Shown here: positions 1 to 8,827 of the stretch, piece by piece
How positions within the stretch are numbered: the first letter of the stretch is position 1
Layout of the letters: the number at the start of each line of letters is the position of its first letter
NCBI GenBank assembly: GCA_048538275.1
Contig: JBLYPW010000001.1
Location: 1 to 36,243, forward strand
Length of the DNA: 36,243 nucleotides
Direction: 5' to 3'
From: Candidatus Komeilibacteria bacterium
GTDB taxonomy: Bacteria > Patescibacteriota > Patescibacteriia > UBA1558
Notes under the pieces: model-generated
Seen by the model: only the letters and a program-made list of their open reading frames with translations
Databases searched by the model: none
Told to the model about the DNA's origin: nothing
Made by a program: the position numbers and the translations under genes

Positions 1-254
1 ATGCCCCTGAACAAGTCAGGGTCATTCCACTGCTCATCAAGTTATTCCTTGATGCTCATGCTTAACTCCTCGACAAGCTCGGAGCCCAAGCAATGCGCAT
101 GGCACTCACTTTTCAACTTGCTTCCGCCGTTTCATGCCCCTGAACAAGTCAGGGTCACTCCACTGCTCATCAAGTTATTCCTTGATGCTCATTGCTTAAC
201 TCCTCGACAAGCTCGGAGCCCAAGCAATGCGCATGGCACTCACTTTTCAACTTG
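1..254. repeat. Tandem direct repeat with 133-bp period (copy 1 at 1-133, partial copy 2 at 134-254), built of REP-like hairpins
   Basis: ATGCCCCTGAACAAGTCAGGGTCA...CACTTTTCAACTTG recurs at 1 and 134 with one substitution and one 1-nt indel. Internal inverted repeats CCCTGA/TCAGGG and CATCAAG/CTTGATG, plus a long stem around TCGACAAGCTC. Confidence 0.9.
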
Positions 255-432
255 TTTTTCTACTTAGCACCAAGCGTAAAATAATTTTCATAATATATTA
301 CGCTCACCAATGTTTGTCGGCGCTAGTATTTTACAGGATTATACTGTTATTTTCAAGAGGTTTTTTTGGAATGAGGGGGGGGGTAATTTAAAAATAACAT
401 ATCGTGACAAGTCCTGTCACATTAATCTGGTA

Positions 433-509
433 TGGTGGGTGTGGGTGGACTTGAACCACCGACCTCTGCTTTATAAGAGCAGCGCTCTAACCGACTGAGC
501 TACACACCC
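433..509 (-). tRNA. tRNA-Ile with anticodon UAU
   Basis: Reverse complement GGGTGTGTAGCTCAGTCGGTTAGAGCGCTGCTCT-TAT-AAAGCAGAGGTCGGTGGTTCAAGTCCACCCACACCCACCA folds as a cloverleaf with encoded CCA. Confidence 0.93.
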
Positions 510-554
510 TCAGTGTAAAAACATTTACTATTTTAAACTATTTATCGCTCTTTG

Positions 555-1694
555 TTAAGTCAGCACAGATTGTAAGCGGCGTTTTGTGTCAGCTAGAACA
601 ACTTCACTACTATTTATAATATTATCTTCAACAATAAAGGTGGCCAGGTCTTTATCTCCCTGTGGTTGATAATTGTTAGCTAATTGTAAAGAATCAAAAT
701 TGCGTCCACTGTGTAACCATATTTTGGTTTTATCATCAGCGGTAGCATAGAATATCAACGCTATTCCGATTTGAGGAGAGGTAAGTATTAGTTCTTCTAT
801 TACCCCCGGTATATCTTCTTCGCCAGCGCCAGAACGCTTCATGTCTTGTTGGTTAATTAATGACCAACCAAGTTGGTAGCGATTATCAATTTTGAGGCGC
901 GCCAATACCCTGCCCCATAGTTTTAGCATAGATACGGATTTTGTGTTGAATAACTGCTCTACTATTTTTTTTCTATCGGCACCTCTTTGTATAAGATCAC
1001 TAGCTAATTGTAAGGTTTGCGGGGTGACAGAATTGCTGCGAAAACTTTGCGTAGCGCTTAATAATCCAGTGAGAAGGCAGGTCGCTACCGAGTCGTCTAT
1101 TAAATCAGGTGCAATCATAGTCATAATATCATAGCTAATTTCTGCTATGGATGTTTTAGTTATGTCCACTTCATTTATATCAGCGAAGTGTTCATTGAGA
1201 TAGTGATTATCTATGTTGATAGTTGGCACCTGATAGAAAAAGTCAGCGTGTTGTTGGTATAGATAGCTTAGTGAATTATAATCAGGTACGCCGAGTAAAA
1301 TAACTAAATCATATTTAAAATCCGTGTTTTGGAAGGAAATGTCATGATTATCAATAAAGCCGCGCTCGGGCGTTAGATAAAGTTTGAGTTGATCAGCGGT
1401 TACATCATAGCTAAAATCGTCTAGGCCAGAACGGTCTATATTTACATTTATAGTAAATTTTTTTAATTTGTGTAGGTTGTTTTTTATAGAATCCCAATGC
1501 GGTAAAAATTTAAGCTGTGGTTTTGGCATAAAACCAGGGATAACAACATCGTGCTGCTTACCCAGTTTGTTAAGCCAAAGCGACCAAGCTAAAACACTAG
1601 CCAAATCATCCCCATGATAACTTTGCTTGCTTAGCAAGAGAATGTTTTTGGCTTTTCCCAAATAGTTTTTTATTTGATTTTTTTGACTCAACAT
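555..1694 (-). CDS. DHH-family phosphoesterase-like protein (NrnA-like), catalytic motifs degenerate
   Basis: Motif order HGDDLAS, INIDNH..NEHF, TCLLTGL..T.SFR and LWGRVL matches the DHH/DHHA1 architecture. Confidence 0.75.
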   Translation of the reverse strand: MLSQKNQIKNYLGKAKNILLLSKQSYHGDDLASVLAWSLWLNKLGKQHDVVIPGFMPKPQLKFLPHWDSIKNNLHKLKKFTINVNIDRSGLDDFSYDVTADQLKLYLTPERGFIDNHDISFQNTDFKYDLVILLGVPDYNSLSYLYQQHADFFYQVPTINIDNHYLNEHFADINEVDITKTSIAEISYDIMTMIAPDLIDDSVATCLLTGLLSATQSFRSNSVTPQTLQLASDLIQRGADRKKIVEQLFNTKSVSMLKLWGRVLARLKIDNRYQLGWSLINQQDMKRSGAGEEDIPGVIEELILTSPQIGIALIFYATADDKTKIWLHSGRNFDSLQLANNYQPQGDKDLATFIVEDNIINSSEVVLADTKRRLQSVLT

Positions 1695-1845
1695 GGTTAT
1701 TTCACCCCTCTTTTTGATTAGAGTTAAGTAATTAACTTACCTTTTATTCTGTGTTTTGTCAAGCTAATATTTTGTTGACAATTATACTGATTTTAATAAA
1801 AAACAGGCCATATGTTGGGCCTATAATTTTAGCTTAAACTATCTT

Positions 1846-2286
1846 TTATTTATACTTTTTCAACCCTAATATTATTAAGATTAATATGCCCGTCATTATA
1901 TAAACATCTGCCAGATTAAATATTGACCAGTTGCCAAGTTGGACAAAATCAATCACTTGCCCTAGCCATATTCTGTCTAATAAATTACTGATAGCCCCGA
2001 TTATTACCAATTGGATAGCTAGGAGTTTTACAGGCGGCCAGCTTCGCCAATGCTTTATGAGGGCAGTTAATAAAGCAATTATAATAATTAGCGCTGCCAA
2101 TAAACTTAATACTTGAGGCAAGGGGAAACCAAAAGCTATGCCGGGGTTAAAAAATAATTTTAGACTGAAAAAGTCGTGGCAACAAAAAAGCCCCATACCG
2201 AGATAGTGTAGGGCTATATATTTACTTATTCTTTCCAGCAAAAAAAGAAAAAAAATCAATAAGCAAAAAAAGAACCTTTTGTTCAT
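1846..2286 (-). CDS. lspA: Lipoprotein signal peptidase II
   Basis: NPGIAFG, GAISNLLDR, VIDF and FNLADVYI motifs; hydrophobic helices. Confidence 0.92.
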   Translation of the reverse strand: MNKRFFFCLLIFFLFLLERISKYIALHYLGMGLFCCHDFFSLKLFFNPGIAFGFPLPQVLSLLAALIIIIALLTALIKHWRSWPPVKLLAIQLVIIGAISNLLDRIWLGQVIDFVQLGNWSIFNLADVYIMTGILILIILGLKKYK

Positions 2287-2288
2287 GA

Positions 2289-2651
2289 CTAGATATTTTT
2301 ACGCTTGCAGTTCATGCAAGCAGTAGCTTGTGGGAACACGGTTAAGCGTTTTTCATCAATGGGCTGACCACATTTTTCACAAGTGCCATAGGTATTGTTA
2401 GCAATCCGTTGCAAGGCTTGATTAATGCGCTCCAAAGAAAATTTTAAATCTTCTTCTAAGGAAATATTACCTTGGTAAACAGCTACTTCAGCGGCGTTTT
2501 CATCTTCTTTGTCGCCAAAATCAGGAAATTGGGAGTCATACTCGCTACTTTGCCTGTCTTTATTTACTAAGGTGGCTAATTGTTCTTCTAATTCAGCTTT
2601 TCTGGCAGATAAATCCTTTTTTCTAGCCTCAATAAAGTCTTTATTTAACAT
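2289..2651 (-). CDS. DksA/TraR C4-type zinc finger protein
   Basis: Coiled-coil N-terminus, AL.RI..NTYG.CEKCG.PI..KRL...P.A..C..C. Confidence 0.9.
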   Translation of the reverse strand: MLNKDFIEARKKDLSARKAELEEQLATLVNKDRQSSEYDSQFPDFGDKEDENAAEVAVYQGNISLEEDLKFSLERINQALQRIANNTYGTCEKCGQPIDEKRLTVFPQATACMNCKRKNI

Positions 2652-2736
2652 ACGGGTTTTGTTTTAATGCTGTAAAATATGCCTAAATAATAGAGGAAAA
2701 GCAAGATTTTGTCAATAATAAAGTAGGGTTTTTTAG

Positions 2737-2798
2737 CAAAACAAAAAGGCTGACGTTAGAGCCCAAATAAATTTGATTTATGGCCACTGTCAGCCTTT
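2737..2798 (-). terminator. Long intrinsic terminator hairpin
   Basis: Minus strand AAAGGCTGAC...GTCAGCCTTT followed by TTGTTTT. Confidence 0.7.
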
Positions 2799-3100
2799 GA
2801 AATGTATTGTCATCCCGCCTAAATATTATCCCAAAAGGGATAGTTTTAGACATAGAAATGTCAACACGTTTTTTCGTGATTACCAACTATCACTATTAAT
2901 ATCTACCGTTTTAGTGGTGGTCTCCATATTTGTGAGGACTCACCATTTTATTTTTATTTTTTTGCTTTTTTTTAAGCTTTTGTTTTTTTTATTTAATGAA
3001 CCGTTGGTTGGCCCATTAATAAAAACAGTAGATATATGAGAGATTATTCTAAGATACCTTAGGATAATGATCTCATTTTTAAAAGTACTATTTCAACCTA
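2737..3100 (-). ncRNA. Candidate structured non-coding RNA (about 360 nt) of unknown family
   Basis: Own promoter (TTGACT-17-TATAAT) and terminator, no credible ORF, a 5'/3' closing stem, a 14-bp long-range stem and several local hairpins. Confidence 0.55.
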
Positions 3101-3105
3101 TATTC

Positions 3106-3134
3106 ATTATATCACCTACAGAGAAAAAAGTCAA
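3106..3134 (-). promoter_or_regulatory. Near-consensus sigma70 promoter
   Basis: Minus strand TTGACT-TTTTTCTCTGTAGGTGA (17 nt)-TATAAT. Confidence 0.7.
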
Positions 3135-3226
3135 TATCAATATATAGCTAATATTAGGTTAAAAATATGTATTTTATTATGAAATATAGTTTTAGTGAAC
3201 AAAAGTTTTACTCACACTTTAACAGT

Positions 3227-3235
3227 TTATCCACA
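3227..3235 (+). promoter_or_regulatory. Perfect DnaA box
   Basis: TTATCCACA; degenerate neighbour TTACTCACA at 3208-3216. Confidence 0.4.
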
Positions 3236-3237
3236 GA

Positions 3238-4749
3238 TTATCGCAGTTGTAAACAACCCTTTATAATAATACTTTTTTCGTTTTTTTGGCTAAATATAGC
3301 TATTTCTTTTATTTTACGTAGAGATGGGTGTAGTTCAAATATCCAATCATCGGGCAATTGGTCAGTTTTCATGATTAAGGCATTATTATATTTTGGAATA
3401 TCACCACAAATTTGGTTTATTGTCTTATTATCTAAATTATTAATCAAAGTAGCTTTATCATTGGCTATCAATAGGTTATCGCCGCTTTGATAGTAGCTGA
3501 TTGCTTGCTTGGAGCCGGGCGCCAACCAAGTAATGATAGATTGCCCTTGATATAAAAATTTTTGTGATATGATAGCGTCATAGTCAGCTACCAATTCTGT
3601 ATATTCTCCGCCATCAGGCAAGGTCTTAGTGACTTGTTTGGCTTTATTTTTTGCTAATATATTACGACTGACATAGGTGATGTCATCTATTATTTTACTA
3701 GGCACTACTATTAATATTTCACCGCTAGCTAGCAAAGAAATGTGTTTTGGGCCATTTAACTTGAGTATTAATTGCCACAAACTAGACTGGTCACCATGTT
3801 TATGCAGTTGCCAGAGATAGTTTACGATATCATTATTACTCGTTGCATTACTCCAATTTTGACTATCGGCTGCCGCCCAACTGAATATAGCGGGTAGGTG
3901 GATTGCCTCGGCTAGTGAATTTATATTAGTAGTTTGAAATGTGGGTAAAGAAGTAAGAGAGTCTGAGTTAGCAATTTGCCACCATAAATAATCGCCACTT
4001 TGATTTATTTCTATTTGTAGGGCATTGTTTTCTCCTTGGCTCCATAGCGGTTGCCAAATATTATAAAATGGTTTTAGCCAATGATTATTTGCAAGTAAAT
4101 CATCATCTAAAAATTGGTTTATTTTTATAGTTAATAAGGGGCGAAGAGAAATGATGGAAGAGAATCTGTTCCAGCCAGACAGTTCATCACTTTGGTAGGC
4201 TTGGTGAGAGTTGATTATCAATTGTTCATTTTCGCTCACGCTTAACAAATTTTTGGTTATATTATCAAGGTAGATGATATTATCATTATTATTCATTTGC
4301 CAGAAGTTGACGCCATTTTTTTGGTACGGAGTTATAATACCTTCATTTTTCAATGCTTTTATTATATTGTCGGCTCGTCCACTTACTAAGACACCCCATT
4401 GATAATTATTTGTGGCGGTAATATAAAATATAGCTTTGGGGTCTAGATATTGTTGGCTGAGCTCGCCCCAGTTTATTTGCCAAGCAGATAAATAATTTGC
4501 AATGGCAACATTTAGATCTGTTGCCAAGTCAGAAATTAGTGGGTTTTTCCCTAATTTGTTTTTTTGATTGATAGTGGCATTGAGTTCAGATAAATCAAGG
4601 TGGGCTTGTAAGGCAGTGTTATGAGGCAATAAATTTTCTAAACCATAAAGTCGGTTAAGATATTGTTTTTGTAATTGCCAAGCAAACAATCCTAAAATTA
4701 AGATTGTTAATAAACACCAAATGAAATTTTTACGTAACCAATTAAGCAT
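3238..4749 (-). CDS. Hypothetical protein with N-terminal membrane anchor (503 aa)
   Basis: Long ORF, single N-terminal TM segment (FIWCLLTILILGLFAW), N/Q-rich remainder; no family recognised. Confidence 0.7.
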   Translation of the reverse strand: MLNWLRKNFIWCLLTILILGLFAWQLQKQYLNRLYGLENLLPHNTALQAHLDLSELNATINQKNKLGKNPLISDLATDLNVAIANYLSAWQINWGELSQQYLDPKAIFYITATNNYQWGVLVSGRADNIIKALKNEGIITPYQKNGVNFWQMNNNDNIIYLDNITKNLLSVSENEQLIINSHQAYQSDELSGWNRFSSIISLRPLLTIKINQFLDDDLLANNHWLKPFYNIWQPLWSQGENNALQIEINQSGDYLWWQIANSDSLTSLPTFQTTNINSLAEAIHLPAIFSWAAADSQNWSNATSNNDIVNYLWQLHKHGDQSSLWQLILKLNGPKHISLLASGEILIVVPSKIIDDITYVSRNILAKNKAKQVTKTLPDGGEYTELVADYDAIISQKFLYQGQSIITWLAPGSKQAISYYQSGDNLLIANDKATLINNLDNKTINQICGDIPKYNNALIMKTDQLPDDWIFELHPSLRKIKEIAIFSQKNEKSIIIKGCLQLR

Positions 4750-4795
4750 GTTTATATTTTAGCAGATCACGGCTTAAATATACAGTTAGAGGTAT

Positions 4796-4833
4796 AAAAA
4801 ACAACCTCTCCATAAAAGGAGAGGTTGTTTTTT
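4796..4833 (-). terminator. Intrinsic terminator downstream of pnp
   Basis: AAAAAACAACCTCTCC-ATAAAA-GGAGAGGTTGTTTTTT perfect inverted repeat with A/T tails. Confidence 0.85.
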
Positions 4834-4851
4834 GATAATCTAGGCTAAGTA

Positions 4852-7098
4852 TTAGCGTCTAGATCTATAATTATCACGTCCGCCTTGTCTATTATTGTGG
4901 TGGGAGCTGCGGGGATTATTATGCCCGTGCTTCTCTTGTCCGGGACTGGCAGGGGGCATATATTCTTTATGAGAGAGTCCAATGCGCCCTCTTTCTTCAT
5001 CCACTTCAACTACTTTGACTTTAATTTTATCACCAATTTTGACTATGTCCGATACTTTAGCTACGTGTTCATTGGACAAATTAGAAATATGTATCATACC
5101 GTCTTTATTGGGCAGGATTTGTACAATAGCTCCAATTTCATTGCCTCTATTACGGTCAGTCATGATTTGAATCACTTCGCCTTCGTATTCTTCACCGACT
5201 TTTACTTTTTTAGTAATACCCTTGATAATGTCAATGGCTTTTTCTGCTCCGGCGGCGTCGGTAGAGGTTATCAATACTGTGCCATCCTGTTCAATATCAA
5301 TTTCCACACCGGTTTTTTCAATAATTTCATTGATGATTTTACCGCCCGGCCCGATGACGTCACGAATTTGTTCTGGGTCAATGTGTAAAGTTTCAATGCG
5401 GGGCGCGTATTTGGAAAGCTCTGTACGTGGTTGGTCAATAGCTTGAGTCATGACGTCAAGTATTTTTTCGCGAGCTATTTTCGCTTTGTCTAGAGTCTCG
5501 CTAATCACTTTTGGAGAAATGCCATTCAGTTTGATATCTAGTTGCAAAGCAGTAATGCCGTCTTTAGTACCAGCTACTTTAAAGTCCATATCGCCGGCAT
5601 GGTCTTCAAATCCCTGAATGTCAGTCAATACGCGATAATCCTCAGTGTTTTTGGGGTTGGTAATCAGACCCATGGCAATACCAGCAACAGCTTTTTTAAT
5701 TGGTATGCCGGCGTCCATTAAAGCTAGAGTAGAGCCACAAATAGAAGCTTGTGAAGAAGATCCATTAGAGGACATTACCTCGGATACTACGCGAATAGTA
5801 TAAGGAAAGTCTTCTTTGTCTGGCAAGACTGGCACTAAAGCTTTTTCTGCTAGGGCGCCATGACCAATTTCGCGACGGTTTGTAGAGGCGGCGCGTTTTA
5901 CTTCACCCACCGAATAGCCGGGGAAATTATAATGATGCATATAGCGTTTTTTTGTCACTCCTTCGTCTTCTATGTTATCTAAATATTGTTCTGCGCCTGG
6001 CCCAGCTAAAGTAACAATGGATAGCACTTGAGTTTCCCCTCTGGTAAATAAGCCACTGCCATGGGTGCGAGGCAAAATACCAACTTTGGCATCAAGCGGA
6101 CGAACATCGTCATAACCACGACCATCCACACGGGTGCCAGCTAAAGTTAGGTCGCGCGCTGCTTCATCAATGTGTTGGTTGAGCATGGCCACGCCCTGGG
6201 CGCGTTCTTCTTTATTGATTTCATTATCTGCTTTTAAGATTTCGTCTAGACCATTTTTCAGATTCTCAATATTGGTTTTGAGTTTAGATTTATCAGCAGC
6301 AAATAATTTAGTTAAATCATGTTGTGTTAAGTATTCTTTTACTTTGTTTTTAATCTTGTCTTGGATTGCCACCTCTTCATCACTTAGGTCAATAGTTGTG
6401 CTTTGTTTTTGTTTGCCAGCAGCCTTTACTACCTCATTGATTAAATCAATGGCTGTACCAATGTGTTTGTGGCCAAAGGCAATAGCAGCGGCTGCGTCAG
6501 CTTCTTTGATTTCTTTAGCGCCAGCCTCTATCATCACCACCTGTTCTTTACTGCCGACCACTATTAAATCCAAATCACTTTTATCCAGCGCTTCATAGGT
6601 TGGATTAAGCACCCATTGATTTTCAATGCGGCCTACTTTCATACCAGCCACTGGTCCGTTCCAAGGCATCGGTGACATTGCTAAGGCACAAGAAGCGGCT
6701 ATTAAAGCGGGCATATCTGGATCATTTTGTTGGTCTAGAGACAATACTGTAATAGTCACCTGTACTTCACGTCTTTCCTCCTCTGAAAATAGCGGGCGGA
6801 TAGAGCGGTCAATCAGGCGCGCGGTTAGCACCGCTTCTTCAGAAGGACGACCTTCGCGTTTAATCCAACGACTGCCTTTGATACGCCCGGCGGCATAAAA
6901 TTTTTCTTCATAATCAACAGTCAAAGGGAAAAAATCTTGTCCCTCTTTTGGTTTGTCGGAAGCACAAGCGGCAGCCAAAACAACGGTGTCGCCATAACGC
7001 ACCGTGCAAGAGCCACCGGCTTGACCGGCGAGCAAACCCGTTTCAATGGTGAGAGTGCGGCCAGCAATCTCACGGGTAAAAGTTTGTACATTAAACAT
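4852..7098 (-). CDS. pnp: Polyribonucleotide nucleotidyltransferase (PNPase)
   Basis: DFFPLTVDYEE, RLIDRSIRPLF, HGSGLFTRGETQ, RREIGHGALAE and GDMDFKVAGT motifs; KH (VIGPGGK) and S1 domains. Confidence 0.98.
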   Translation of the reverse strand: MFNVQTFTREIAGRTLTIETGLLAGQAGGSCTVRYGDTVVLAAACASDKPKEGQDFFPLTVDYEEKFYAAGRIKGSRWIKREGRPSEEAVLTARLIDRSIRPLFSEEERREVQVTITVLSLDQQNDPDMPALIAASCALAMSPMPWNGPVAGMKVGRIENQWVLNPTYEALDKSDLDLIVVGSKEQVVMIEAGAKEIKEADAAAAIAFGHKHIGTAIDLINEVVKAAGKQKQSTTIDLSDEEVAIQDKIKNKVKEYLTQHDLTKLFAADKSKLKTNIENLKNGLDEILKADNEINKEERAQGVAMLNQHIDEAARDLTLAGTRVDGRGYDDVRPLDAKVGILPRTHGSGLFTRGETQVLSIVTLAGPGAEQYLDNIEDEGVTKKRYMHHYNFPGYSVGEVKRAASTNRREIGHGALAEKALVPVLPDKEDFPYTIRVVSEVMSSNGSSSQASICGSTLALMDAGIPIKKAVAGIAMGLITNPKNTEDYRVLTDIQGFEDHAGDMDFKVAGTKDGITALQLDIKLNGISPKVISETLDKAKIAREKILDVMTQAIDQPRTELSKYAPRIETLHIDPEQIRDVIGPGGKIINEIIEKTGVEIDIEQDGTVLITSTDAAGAEKAIDIIKGITKKVKVGEEYEGEVIQIMTDRNRGNEIGAIVQILPNKDGMIHISNLSNEHVAKVSDIVKIGDKIKVKVVEVDEERGRIGLSHKEYMPPASPGQEKHGHNNPRSSHHNNRQGGRDNYRSRR

Positions 7099-7111
7099 AC
7101 AAATTCCTTTC

Positions 7112-7187
7112 TCGGCAAGTACAGCTGGCCATCAAGCAATAGACTAGAAAATCTTATAGTCTATCTGTCTGATCACCAACCGGCCGA
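7112..7187 (-). promoter_or_regulatory. Long stem-loop in the pnp 5' leader
   Basis: Nested pairings TCGGC/GCCGA, CGGTTGGT/GCCAGCTG, ATCAG/TTGAT and ATAGACTA/TAGTCTAT just upstream of the AAAGGA RBS. Confidence 0.6.
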
Positions 7188-7199
7188 TTTATTAATTTT

Positions 7200-7727
7200 T
7201 TAAGATCGGGAGCGGGAAAACTTGTCCTTTAGCAAGTAACGTTTTGATTGATCGCTGATATTTAAAAAACTATCTGCCTCTTCAATCAGTTTAGCGGAAG
7301 CGCTTTGTTCAAAAGCAATAACTTCAACGCGACAACCTTTATTGTTACGTAAAAAACTAACTAAGGGTATAAAATCCCCGTCACCAGTTACCAACACCAC
7401 AACATCCAAATGATTGGCAATAGTTATGGCGTCAATAGCAATACCTACATCCCAGTCGCCTTTCTTGGCGCCACCAGGAAATATTTGCAGGTCTTTACTT
7501 TTTATTTCAAATCCTTGTTTGCGTAAAGCTTCAAAAAAGTTTTGTTCTTCATTGGTTTGTGATTCTACTACATAAGCCAGGGCACGAACTAAGCGGCGTT
7601 CACCTACGGCGGTTTCTAAAATTTTGCCAAAGTTTAATTTGGCATTGAAAAGGTTTTTAGCGGAGTGGTACATGTTGCCAATATCAATAAAGACGCCTAC
7701 GCGCTGATCAGGGTATTGTACATTCAT
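7200..7727 (-). CDS. NYN domain protein (LabA/DUF88 family); likely start at 7727
   Basis: VFIDIGNMY, KGDWDVGIAID, LVTGDGDFIPLV and L...AD.F motifs; the upstream in-frame extension overlaps rpsO. Confidence 0.9.
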   Translation of the reverse strand: MNVQYPDQRVGVFIDIGNMYHSAKNLFNAKLNFGKILETAVGERRLVRALAYVVESQTNEEQNFFEALRKQGFEIKSKDLQIFPGGAKKGDWDVGIAIDAITIANHLDVVVLVTGDGDFIPLVSFLRNNKGCRVEVIAFEQSASAKLIEEADSFLNISDQSKRYLLKDKFSRSRS

Positions 7728-7752
7728 AAATTTAGTATAGAAATAATAAAGT

Positions 7753-8091
7753 TTAAACTGTCTTATCTTCTTCAAGTTTGGCTAGCTCTTCTTCACTCGG
7801 CTCTTCGCTATCAGCAACTTTTTTGGTGATTTTAATCTTTAGTTTTTTGACAATTTTATCAAAACTAGCTTCGTCAGTTTTTTCTAAGTAGCGTAATAAT
7901 TTACGACGTTGGTTAACTTTACGAATCAAACCACGACGGGAAGAAAAGTCTTTGCGGTGCATTTTCAAGTGATCAGTCAACTCATTGATTTCAGCAGTGA
8001 GAATGGCAATCTGCACCTCTGGTGAACCAGTATCATTATCGTGAGTTTTGAATTTAGCGATAATTTGGTCTTTTTTCTTTTTGTCCAACAT
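7753..8091 (-). CDS. rpsO: 30S ribosomal protein S15 with acidic C-terminal extension
   Basis: DTGSPEVQIAILT, H..D.SSRRGL...V.QRR.LL.YL. Confidence 0.97.
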   Translation of the reverse strand: MLDKKKKDQIIAKFKTHDNDTGSPEVQIAILTAEINELTDHLKMHRKDFSSRRGLIRKVNQRRKLLRYLEKTDEASFDKIVKKLKIKITKKVADSEEPSEEELAKLEEDKTV

Positions 8092-8109
8092 AAATGTATT
8101 CCTTTATTC

Positions 8110-8160
8110 GGCCCGTCCCAGCGCGACGAATGTTGGTTATCGTCCGTCCGAGCGCGGGCT
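8110..8160 (-). promoter_or_regulatory. GC-rich structured leader of rpsO (putative S15 autoregulatory element)
   Basis: GCCCG/CGGGC, CTCGG/CTGGG and GACGA/TCGTC stems between the promoter (TTGACA-17-TATAGT, 8187-8215) and the RBS. Confidence 0.6.
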
Positions 8161-8365
8161 AATTAATAAGTTATTTAACTGCCCAGACTATATCATTTAT
8201 GGATATTTTTGTCAATAATGGAGGGTTTTTTGCTAATTTGTAAAAATCTATAAGATTTATTAAATTTTAGAGTAGTGGATAAGGCACTATTGACAAATGA
8301 TTTATAATATGTTATGGTTAAGTATAGAAGAAGAATTTTGACAATTTAAAATTAAGGAGGATTGC

Positions 8366-8626
8366 ATGCATACAATATTGATTAATTATTTAATAGTGGC
8401 GTGGCTTGTCACGCTAGTTATCGGTCTTGTATCAGCATGGGCTGGTAAGAACCGGTATTTTATAGCGCTAAACAGCGTTAGCGCGCTTATAGCATTAGCT
8501 ATGAGCTTTCTGATAAGGACGCTAGCTATCCACATGGCCATAATGGGGAGCGTATCTCTCCTCATTTCTTTGGTGGTGTTCTTTCTGGAACGTCAGAAAT
8601 CACCATCGATATCGATCATTCAATAA
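8366..8626 (+). CDS. Small membrane protein (3 TM)
   Basis: AGGAGG RBS, upstream TTGACA promoter, hydrophobic ORF, downstream terminator. Confidence 0.75.
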   Translation: MHTILINYLIVAWLVTLVIGLVSAWAGKNRYFIALNSVSALIALAMSFLIRTLAIHMAIMGSVSLLISLVVFFLERQKSPSISIIQ

Positions 8627-8629
8627 ATC

Positions 8630-8668
8630 AAGGCCTGACAGTAAACTTATTGTCAGGTCTTTTTGTTT
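8630..8668 (+). terminator. Intrinsic terminator
   Basis: AGGCCTGACA...TGTCAGGTCT followed by TTTTGTTT. Confidence 0.7.
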
Positions 8669-8827
8669 AAATAGAGGGTAAAGGATTTTTATTATTTTGA
8701 ATAAACAGTATTATATAATTTTTTCTTGTTTTACCCCTATTGTTACTAATTTGTAAAACGTGGTTGGAGCTGGATTTTTATATTAAAGTGTCGTAAAATA
8801 TAGATGTAATGCTAAAATAGTTATTAT

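Noticed and set aside
1-267. 88-aa ORF over the tandem repeat
   Set aside because: Translation of a hairpin repeat; the copies differ by a 1-nt indel, which argues against coding.
3138-3237. Replication origin, or NrdR control of the candidate ncRNA
   Set aside because: Only one perfect DnaA box and no dnaA/dnaN nearby. CAATATATAG (3138-3147) matches the NrdR core but lacks a convincing partner box in very AT-rich DNA.
2683-3490. Short ORFs 2683-2886, 2773-3039 and 3167-3490
   Set aside because: No RBS or family motifs; they run across hairpins and poly-A/T tracts or lie antisense to a real gene.
4885-7203. Antisense and overlapping ORFs within pnp (similarly within dus, valS, iscS and nrdJ)
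   Set aside because: Shadow ORFs of well-conserved genes.
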